A DNA stretch of 14,072 nt from an uncultured archaeon (GTDB taxonomy: Archaea; Asgardarchaeota; Lokiarchaeia; Sigyniarchaeales; SOKP01). The translations under genes and the position numbers were made by a program. This document shows positions 6,954-13,989 of the stretch, piece after piece (within the stretch, counting starts at the first letter, position 1; the number at the start of each line of letters is the position of its first letter). Below the pieces are notes generated by a model that was given only the letters and a program-made list of their open reading frames with translations, had not been told where the DNA came from and searched no databases. Where the stretch lies: NCBI GenBank assembly GCA_964388035.1, contig CAYLZE010000068.1:13116-27187 (forward strand). The letters run 5' to 3'.

Positions 6954-7682
6954 ATGACAGATTATCACATAAAAAGTTTCTTTGGCGTGGAAACCGCCCT
7001 AATATTCACCAGTCCTTCTCGGGCGGTTCCCTACATATTTATCAATTGTATTCGGAAAAAAGATAATAAAAGCTGGGAAAAACCTTCCAGGGGCCAAGGA
7101 AAAACGGTCAAGATATCCATTGAGGAACTCATTTGCATTTTGGAGGTGTTACACAGGAAAAGTGCAAATTGGCGGGGATTTCACATCTTTAAAGATTATA
7201 AGACCGAAATCTATGTTGGTTGGGAAGATGAGTCTCGTCAAGTCGTCACGTTCAAAATAGGAGATTACATCAAGAAACTCCGTTTTCCGAATCTTAATTT
7301 TCTCACTTTATTGTTAGAACATGTTCTTTCTGAAAAGATTGAATTTGCCACTTCAGGAACATTTGAACCTTCTATAAGCGATTCTGATAAAGATCTAGAG
7401 GCAGAAGATCAATATGGATTTTTCTCTGAGCATATTACAGCCCGAGATGGTCTTCAAGTAGTGGAGACTACGGAATATGATGTTTCTAACGAGACCGTAG
7501 AAATAAAAGCTAAATTAAAAGTAGAAAGTCCTAAAGCATTATTAATAACGCTAGATTCGGGAGAAGAATTCTGGCTTCCTAAAAGTACCATTCATAATGA
7601 GCCTGATCTTAAAGAAAGAGAGAATTTTCAAAATCTGATCGTGGATAAATGGATAATAGAGAAAAATAAAATCTTAAAATGA
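6954..7682 (+). CDS. Hypothetical two-domain protein: possible Whirly/PC4-like N-domain, acidic linker, small beta-rich C-domain
   Basis: 242-aa ORF with SD-like GTGAGG upstream. Apparent repeated beta4-alpha pattern and a C-terminal ESPKALLI...EFWLPKSTI...IVDKW module. The stop overlaps the next start (ATGA). Confidence 0.6.
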   Translation: MTDYHIKSFFGVETALIFTSPSRAVPYIFINCIRKKDNKSWEKPSRGQGKTVKISIEELICILEVLHRKSANWRGFHIFKDYKTEIYVGWEDESRQVVTFKIGDYIKKLRFPNLNFLTLLLEHVLSEKIEFATSGTFEPSISDSDKDLEAEDQYGFFSEHITARDGLQVVETTEYDVSNETVEIKAKLKVESPKALLITLDSGEEFWLPKSTIHNEPDLKERENFQNLIVDKWIIEKNKILK

Positions 7683-8926
7683 ATGAAATAAAGAGTCCTT
7701 CTTCATATTTTGAGCGACCGGATATTTTAAACGTGCTATTATTAATCATTAATTCCGTTTTATTTTTACTAAAATTATACATTGGATTCCTTTCTAATAG
7801 CATTGCCCTCCAAGCAGACGCATATGATAGCTTGAAAGATTTGGTCATGGCTGTAGCTGCACTGATTGGAATTCTCTATTCTAACAAGAAGCCAAATGAA
7901 AAATTTCCTTATGGTTATTATCGGATTGAAAACATTATAAGTCTCATTATATCTATTTTAATTTTTTTTACCGCCTATACGATCTTCCAGCAGGCTATCG
8001 CAGAAATTTCGTTATTTTTCACGGGGATGGCTAGAAGAATAAATCCTTCCCCACTATTTATCGGATTTTTGGTAATTTCTCTCGCGATATCCTTATTATT
8101 GACTTATTACTTGAAACATGTAGGCAAAAAAACGAATTCTCCAATAATCCAAGCACAAGGGCGGGAAAAATTATTCGATAATCTCATATCTTCTTCCGTG
8201 CTTATTGGATTCATTGGAGCTCTTTTCAATATTTATTATCTGGATTCTATCATTGGGTTAATCATTGGTGGTTTCATCATTAAGGGAGGATATGATATTT
8301 TTATTAATTCTACAAAAACACTGTTGGATGCGGTTATTGATTTTGAAAATAAGAAAGAGTTATATGAAATGATTGAAGGTTTTCCCAGGGTTAATACCAT
8401 GGAACATTTTGAAATTCGATCTTACGGCAAGTATCTCTTTTTAGAGGTAGATATTACCCTTAATCAAGATCTCCCCCTTTCAAAAATTGAAAAATTAAAA
8501 AGAAAGATTTCCGATGATATTAGAAAAAAGTTCCCCATTATTTTCAAAGTCGTGATTCTCACTCATGCTCAATCCATTAGAAAGGTAAAAATAGCCAGTC
8601 CTGTTTCTCAAAACAATAGTTTGAATTCGGAGATTGCTTCTCATTTTGGGGACGCTCCCTATTTTGCATTCATGGAAATTGAAAATACAGGACTTTCTAA
8701 AATCGAGATCATTTCCAATAAATATGTACATTTGGAGAAGCAAAAAGGAATCCAGATTTCAGACTGGTTATGTTCCGAAAAAATTGATAAGCTGTACCTG
8801 AAAAAGGAACTACAGAGAGGCCCCTTGGTTATATTTGAGAATAGCTTGATAGAGGTTGTCATTACGAATGCGGAGACGTTAAAAGAAATCCTCGAAATGG
8901 AGAGGGATCTCCTAAAAAATAAATAA
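7679..8926 (+). CDS. Cation diffusion facilitator (FieF-like) with dimerisation domain and C-terminal NifX/NifB-like (FeMo-co-binding fold) domain
   Basis: SIALQADAYDSLKD, KPNEKFPYGYYRIE, six hydrophobic segments, IRSYGKYLFLEVDI and C-terminal IASHFGDAPYFAFMEI. Confidence 0.9.
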   Translation: MNEIKSPSSYFERPDILNVLLLIINSVLFLLKLYIGFLSNSIALQADAYDSLKDLVMAVAALIGILYSNKKPNEKFPYGYYRIENIISLIISILIFFTAYTIFQQAIAEISLFFTGMARRINPSPLFIGFLVISLAISLLLTYYLKHVGKKTNSPIIQAQGREKLFDNLISSSVLIGFIGALFNIYYLDSIIGLIIGGFIIKGGYDIFINSTKTLLDAVIDFENKKELYEMIEGFPRVNTMEHFEIRSYGKYLFLEVDITLNQDLPLSKIEKLKRKISDDIRKKFPIIFKVVILTHAQSIRKVKIASPVSQNNSLNSEIASHFGDAPYFAFMEIENTGLSKIEIISNKYVHLEKQKGIQISDWLCSEKIDKLYLKKELQRGPLVIFENSLIEVVITNAETLKEILEMERDLLKNK

Positions 8927-9143
8927 ACCTGTTTTGCATGGTACTAAATCCTCTTAAAAGTTTCCAATGGAAATTTGGACTCCTGTATATTAGACGGAAA
9001 AAAATGATAGTGCTTTCTGGTGGTTTTTGAACTCCTTCCTCTTTTCCAATCCATGGATTTCCATGAGCAAGTTTAACTTGCGGGGAACATGTTCCGTTCA
9101 AAAAATAAATTATATTTGAGAGAAATAATTCTCGTAATTAATC

Positions 9144-9974
9144 ATGCGTAGCGCAGATATTGATATTCCATTCCTCAAGGAAATGGCCAACAGAGTACAT
9201 GATACCATTGCACCATATATCGGGACTCCCGAGGGCGCAGAAGAAATAGAGCGAGGTGCGGGAGGTGACATGTCCATGAGAATTGATTTATTAGCAGAGA
9301 AAGTCGTCATCCAAATGATTGAAGAAGCTCAGTTAGATATTTTACTGATCAGTGAAGAATTGGGTGAAAAATATTTTGGAAAGGAATCAGATGCCCCGGA
9401 TAACCAAGCCATTCTCATTGTTGACCCCGTTGATGGTTCTCTCAATGCAAGCAGGGGGATCCCTTTTTGCTCAGTTTCCATAGCTCTTGCTCGAGGAAAA
9501 GGATTGGAGGATATAACTTTAGCCGTGATCATGGATTTAACAACAAGAGACGTGTATTGGGCTAAAAAGAATGAAGGCGCCTATTGGAATGACCGCAAGA
9601 TCCACGTGTCTAATAAAAATTTGAATGACAATGTCGTTTTTGAACTTGATGCCAGTAAGACCGACGCTCCTTTAAAAATGCGAGAACATGACTCAATTTT
9701 TAATAAAATCTATAAATTGCGGGTAATGGGAAGCTTGGCGTTAAGTTTATGCTTGTTGGCACGGGGAACCCTGGATGGGTACATAAACATCACGAGAGGC
9801 ACTCGAATAGTGGATATGGCAGCGGGATATTTAATCATTAATGAAGCAGGTGGGAAGACCTTTTCCATGAATGGGAAGGAATTAAATCCGAAGCTTTCAT
9901 TGGATACTAAAATTCCTTTAATTGCATGTAATGCCCAATTAGAACCCTTTTTAAGAAAAGAATTAAGTAAATGA
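9144..9974 (+). CDS. suhB: Inositol monophosphatase / bifunctional FBPase-IMPase
   Basis: GAGGD...IDLLAE, ISEE, IVDPVDGSLN, RVMGSLAL and RIVDMAAG motifs. Confidence 0.9.
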   Translation: MRSADIDIPFLKEMANRVHDTIAPYIGTPEGAEEIERGAGGDMSMRIDLLAEKVVIQMIEEAQLDILLISEELGEKYFGKESDAPDNQAILIVDPVDGSLNASRGIPFCSVSIALARGKGLEDITLAVIMDLTTRDVYWAKKNEGAYWNDRKIHVSNKNLNDNVVFELDASKTDAPLKMREHDSIFNKIYKLRVMGSLALSLCLLARGTLDGYINITRGTRIVDMAAGYLIINEAGGKTFSMNGKELNPKLSLDTKIPLIACNAQLEPFLRKELSK

Positions 9975-10040
9975 ATGAAACCCCGCTAATTGCATGAATA
10001 CCAATACCTATTAATGCATTAACTTTAAGACGAGAGCATC

Positions 10041-10649
10041 ATGAGGGATTTTATACACCTTTCCAGAACCTTCTTTTCAAGAAAACCAGAACTTGTTGCG
10101 AAAGATCTGATTGGAAAATATCTCGTGAGAATTCCCGAAAAAAAGGAATACAGTCAGATGGTTGGGAAGATCATTGAGGTGGAAGCTTATCTGGGACCAA
10201 ATGACAAGGCTAGCCATTCTTATAATTGGAAAAAAACTGAAAGAACAAAAACCATGTATGAAGCACCCGGTACGCTTTACGTGTATTTAATATATGGTAT
10301 GTATCACTGTTTAAATGTCATCACGGAAGAAATAGGTATTCCCAGCGCGGTTTTAATTCGCCAGTTATATCCCATTGAAGGGATTGATAGGATGAAACAA
10401 AACAGACAGGTGAAAATTGGGAAGAATTTTAAAAATCTGTTGGATGGGCCGGGAAAATCATGCAAAGCTCTCGATATTACGAAAGATTTATTCAATGGAA
10501 AAGACTCTTGTGCAAAAGATTCTCACCTCTTTTTTGCCGAAGGTGAAGAGGTCAACACTGAGAGGATTCAATTAAGCAAGAGAATAGGGATAGATTATGC
10601 AGCTGAAGATAAAGACCTATTATTGAGATACACGCTTAAAGGTGATTGA
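10041..10649 (+). CDS. mpg: DNA-3-methyladenine glycosylase (MPG/AAG family)
   Basis: GKIIEVEAYLG..DKASHS, YVYLIYGMYHCLNV, AVLIR, GPGK...AL.I and RIGI. Confidence 0.95.
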   Translation: MRDFIHLSRTFFSRKPELVAKDLIGKYLVRIPEKKEYSQMVGKIIEVEAYLGPNDKASHSYNWKKTERTKTMYEAPGTLYVYLIYGMYHCLNVITEEIGIPSAVLIRQLYPIEGIDRMKQNRQVKIGKNFKNLLDGPGKSCKALDITKDLFNGKDSCAKDSHLFFAEGEEVNTERIQLSKRIGIDYAAEDKDLLLRYTLKGD

Positions 10650-10757
10650 AAATAAACACGCCACGTTTATATTTAATAACATTATTATTCCTTGTTTTAG
10701 AAGAATGAAAATTTTTATAATAGAAAATACATGAATTATTATTGAATCTTTTTTTAT

Positions 10758-11246
10758 TTGAAAGTGGGATTAGTCATGACTCGAGATGTGTTAAGGTTTT
10801 ATCAAGCCTATATTAATGAAATGTTCGACATTGGGGGAGAAAACCTTCCGAAATCAATATCTACCCGATTAGGAGCAAAATTGGCACGATCCTATAAACA
10901 GGAGGGAATTCAGGATATAGAGTTTGGAATAAAGACCCTTTTTGGAGGAATGAATGCACGAACTAAAGTTGTAGAGCGAGATCGAGATCGAATTGAAATC
11001 ACCGCGAAATATCGCAAGAGATTTTGTCCTGTCGGTGGCATGTTAAATCCAGAACAAGCAGAAAAAACACAAGAAATGATTTGCCGTCCATACATTTTGG
11101 GATTTCTGAACGAATTGGATCCACAATTTAAATATCACGCGGAATCTAAACAATGTATTTTAGAATCTAACGGAAAAACGTGTTCATTTATTTTAAAAAC
11201 CGAAAGAAAGCATGGCGATGCAAGTAATTCCAACTCTTCTGATTAA
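10758..11246 (+). CDS. V4R-like Cys-rich protein, array copy A
   Basis: RLGAKLA helix, FCPVGG, ICRPYILGFL, QCIL...TCSFILK. The start is uncertain (TTG 10758, GTG 10764 or ATG 10776). Confidence 0.7.
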   Translation: MKVGLVMTRDVLRFYQAYINEMFDIGGENLPKSISTRLGAKLARSYKQEGIQDIEFGIKTLFGGMNARTKVVERDRDRIEITAKYRKRFCPVGGMLNPEQAEKTQEMICRPYILGFLNELDPQFKYHAESKQCILESNGKTCSFILKTERKHGDASNSNSSD

Positions 11247-11384
11247 GTAATTTTGAATTTTGTTCTTACCTTTCTTTTAAAAAGAAAAATTCTCTTCCAT
11301 TAATCAGCTATTTATTATTTAATATTCACTTTTGTTCTTAATTTTTTTAAGGTTGGTTAATTTTCAAAATCGGTATTTTAAATT

Positions 11385-11397
11385 GTTATTTTATAAC
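11385..11397. promoter_or_regulatory. Palindrome GTTAT-TTT-ATAAC, putative operator overlapping a TATA-like element
   Basis: Perfect 5-3-5 inverted repeat ending 73 nt before ATG 11470; conserved at 12089-12101. Confidence 0.55.
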
Positions 11398-11469
11398 GAA
11401 TTATCTATATAATTCATATATTTTTGTAAAAGTTAGAAAAAATATTTAATATATAACTGTAAATAAGGG

Positions 11470-11928
11470 ATGGTTAGTATTACACTAGACGCTCTTAAAT
11501 TTTTTCATTCTTTTTTGCAATCATTAATTGATCTCGGAGGGACCCATTTGCCCGCATCTGTTGCTACTCATTTAGGGGCCAAAATAGGAAAGATATACCA
11601 AAAAAATGGAATTTTGGGAATAGAAAATGGGTTAGAACATATCTATAAAGCTTTAAATGGTAAAATTCAAATAAACAAGCTTGATGATTATACCTATGAA
11701 TTTATAATAGAATATCCCAATAATTTCTGCCCAATTGGTGGAGAATGTAATCCTGATCGAGCACAGATCATACAAAAAAGCATTTGCACTCCTTATACCA
11801 CGGGATTCTTAAAAATAATGGATCCAACCACTAACTATTTGGGTGATATTAAAGAATGCATTCTACAAACAAATGAAAATAAATGCAGATATACATTAAA
11901 AGCATCGAAAGAAAGCATGGAAATGTAA
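11470..11928 (+). CDS. V4R-like Cys-rich protein, array copy B (chimeric tail)
   Basis: HLGAKIG, NFCPIGGEC, SICTPYTTGFL, KECILQTNENKCRY; close paralogue of 12176. Confidence 0.75.
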   Translation: MVSITLDALKFFHSFLQSLIDLGGTHLPASVATHLGAKIGKIYQKNGILGIENGLEHIYKALNGKIQINKLDDYTYEFIIEYPNNFCPIGGECNPDRAQIIQKSICTPYTTGFLKIMDPTTNYLGDIKECILQTNENKCRYTLKASKESMEM

Positions 11929-12088
11929 ATAATTTTAGATCTTCTGATTAAGTAATTTGGGGTAATCTTTTTACCTTTTCTTTATATAAAATATCCCTTT
12001 TCACTAATCGGGAATTTATAGCTTTTCTTTTCCTTTCTTCGGAGTGCTATTAATAAATAATAATTTTTCAAATTGGCATTTTTATATT

Positions 12089-12101
12089 GTTATCTTATAA
12101 C
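12089..12101. promoter_or_regulatory. Palindrome GTTAT-CTT-ATAAC, putative operator
   Basis: Arms identical to the 11385 copy with the spacer changed; ends 75 nt before ATG 12176. Confidence 0.55.
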
Positions 12102-12175
12102 GAACAATCTACTATATAATAATATATTTATATAGAAGAAGGAAGAAATAACTAATATAAAATAATAAGTTTGGG

Positions 12176-12667
12176 ATGGTAAGTATTACACTAGATGCTC
12201 TTAAGTTCTTTCATTCTTTTTTGGGATCATTAATAGATATCGGAGGATCTAATTTACCAGCAACCGTTGCTTCTCATCTAGGATCCAAGTTAGGAAAATT
12301 ATACAAAGAAAGGGGAATTTCAGGAATTGAAGAGGGGTTGAGACATAGTTATGAAGTTTTAAATGCCAAAACTCAAATAAACAGGATCGACACTCTAACC
12401 TATGAGTTTATAATGGATTATCCCGATAATTTCTGCCCAATAGGTGGAGATTGTGATCCTAAGCGAGCAGAAGTGGTGCAAAAAAGCATTTGCTATCCGT
12501 ATACCATAGGATTCTTGAATGAAATAGATCCCAACGCTAAATATACGGGTGAAATTAAAGAATGTATCCTTCAAACGAATGAAAATAGATGCCGATATCT
12601 ATTAAGATTGGAAGAACAAAGTAATATAGAAAAAGTACGTAATATTCCTATAAAGCAACCGCTTTAA
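12176..12667 (+). CDS. V4R-like Cys-rich protein, array copy C
   Basis: HLGSKLG, NFCPIGGDC, SICYPYTIGFL, KECILQTNENRCRY. Confidence 0.75.
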   Translation: MVSITLDALKFFHSFLGSLIDIGGSNLPATVASHLGSKLGKLYKERGISGIEEGLRHSYEVLNAKTQINRIDTLTYEFIMDYPDNFCPIGGDCDPKRAEVVQKSICYPYTIGFLNEIDPNAKYTGEIKECILQTNENRCRYLLRLEEQSNIEKVRNIPIKQPL

Positions 12668-12680
12668 CCTTGTAGCTATC

Positions 12681-12693
12681 TTTTCTTTTTTTT
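12681..12693 (+). terminator. Oligo-T terminator-like tract
   Basis: T4-C-T8 after the stop of copy C. Confidence 0.45.
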
Positions 12694-12810
12694 AAATTTG
12701 ATCTTTCATTAATTATTATAAAGCTGAAGGCTTAATTTTTCTTCGTGGAAATCTCATTTTAATAGTTCAAGTACATAAACTATTTAATTTCTTATTAATT
12801 CTATTTTTAT

Positions 12811-13114
12811 GGACAAGTTGGGCAATGTCTGCAGTCCCATGCTGGACGAACCGCGAAATGCTCATGGCGGAAAGTGCTTGATTTGAGGTTTCCTGAGCGT
12901 TGCTAACCTTGTTCATATCTCGTCGAAGCATCGGCCAATCAGGTGGATGCTTGAGCAGTGTTTTTTGTAGGAAAAATGCCAGCTCGTAATAATGAATCCG
13001 GACAGGCCCGGGAGGGAGCATCCGTAAGTTGAGGTGTTTACGCTTTTTGGTGCAGGTGTGGAGAGGTATGAATTTTTGGTCTTAGCAACGGGATTGAAAT
13101 CAAGAATCAAGTCT
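12811..13114 (+). ncRNA. ffs: Archaeal signal recognition particle (SRP/7S) RNA
   Basis: Helix 8 CGGA-CAGG-CCC-GGGA-GGG-AGCA-TCCG (12999-13024) with GNRA loop and CAGG/AGCA SRP54 loop. Helix 6 (12953-12985) has a GNAR loop GTAG. Helix 5 pairs CGTTGCTAA 12898-12906 with TTAGCAACG 13082-13090. Terminal helix GGAC/GTCT; ~304 nt GC-richer island followed by a T run. Confidence 0.93.
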
Positions 13115-13118
13115 TTTT
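13114..13118 (+). terminator. T-run at the SRP RNA 3' end
   Basis: TTTTT directly at the end of the closing helix. Confidence 0.45.
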
Positions 13119-13245
13119 ATAACGGTATCCTTATTCCCTTTTTCTTTTCTAATCTCATCGTCAAGTCCGTCTTAATACTAGAAAACTTTTTTGAAGAAAA
13201 TGAAAAACACAACCTTAATTTGCAATTCTTAGATATTTATAAGTA

Positions 13246-13989
13246 ATGCAGTTAGATCTATTACAATACTTTCAAGGGACATTCTCGTTAATATACGTTA
13301 TCATCTCCACTTTTGTTAGCTTGGTTATTTTAAGTCATTATTTCAGTGATAGGAGAAAAGAATATCTACTGGTAGGTGTTGCAGTATTTGGTCTGGCGGG
13401 ACCCTGGTTTCCGGATGCAATTACCTTCTTAGTTGCCATTTTTACGGGATTCGGCTCTCCGGATGCCATGTATTTACAAATCACGATTATCATGGTATTG
13501 ATAACTACCGTCTTCACTCCCATTTCCATTTTGAGCTGGTTAGCCGTCATCACGAAGTTTTTAGAATTAAGTTATCGCAAGATCCTATTAATAATTTTTG
13601 TAATTTTGATGATTATCTTTGAAATTATTTTAATTCTATTTGCCGTCATGGATCTTACTCTAATAGGAATTTTCACTGGTCCATTTAATTACCAATGGAG
13701 CATGTTTACCACTGTATTTTACCTGTTCTGTATTGCATTGGTAATTATTACCGGATTGCCCTTTGCACGGCGCTCCATGCTATCAAAAACCTCAGATATT
13801 CGATTAAAGGGAAAGTTCATCTTATTAGCCTTAATCTCTTTTGCCGTTGGAACGATTATTCCTTATTTGGTCTATAACATCCCTGCGCTAGTCCTTTCTA
13901 GATTAATCTTGGTCTCTTGCTCCATCGAGTTTTATATTGGATTTTTGTTACCAAAGTGGGCGGAAAATCTATTTTTAAGAGAGAAATAG
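13246..13989 (+). CDS. Seven-transmembrane protein of unknown function (Lokiarchaeia-type stand-alone 7TM)
   Basis: 247 aa with seven hydrophobic segments, basic short loops (SDRRKE, SYRK, ARRSMLSKTSDIRLKGK) and a C-terminal GFLLPKW. Confidence 0.75.
   Translation: MQLDLLQYFQGTFSLIYVIISTFVSLVILSHYFSDRRKEYLLVGVAVFGLAGPWFPDAITFLVAIFTGFGSPDAMYLQITIIMVLITTVFTPISILSWLAVITKFLELSYRKILLIIFVILMIIFEIILILFAVMDLTLIGIFTGPFNYQWSMFTTVFYLFCIALVIITGLPFARRSMLSKTSDIRLKGKFILLALISFAVGTIIPYLVYNIPALVLSRLILVSCSIEFYIGFLLPKWAENLFLREK

Larger units (their letters stand above)
11201..12610 (+). repeat. Degenerate tandem duplication, unit ~705 bp (gene-A tail + spacer + gene core), two copies
   Basis: 11201-11253 vs 11906-11958 match at 45/53 nt by hand count, including an identical 19-mer TCTTCTGATTAAGTAATTT. 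Spacer blocks are shared, and the starts 11470 and 12176 are 706 nt apart. The right boundary is approximate. Confidence 0.85.

Noticed and set aside
9065-9094. Two RRRCWWGYYY (p53-like) decamers
   Set aside because: A degenerate motif that is a by-product of the palindromes; there is no plausible cognate factor.
8862-9101. 79-aa minus-strand ORF across the palindrome-rich spacer
   Set aside because: Non-ATG start, overlaps the CDF 3' end, no SD or motif; cannot be supported.
7680-10649. TGA stops (7682, 9974, 10649) as possible selenocysteine codons
   Set aside because: They fall at the natural ends of complete domains, not at Cys-equivalent positions, and no convincing SECIS was seen.
12767-13246. 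ORFs 12767..13021(-), 12913..13110(-) and 13034..13246(+)
   Set aside because: They overlap the SRP RNA, have no protein motifs, and are explained by the locally higher GC.
334-13877. Other short ORFs nested in or antisense to long genes (334, 933, 3196, 3421, 7609, 8495, 8659, 9110, 9329, 10304, 10910, 13338, 13695)
   Set aside because: Each is entirely or largely within a well-supported CDS and has no recognisable motifs.
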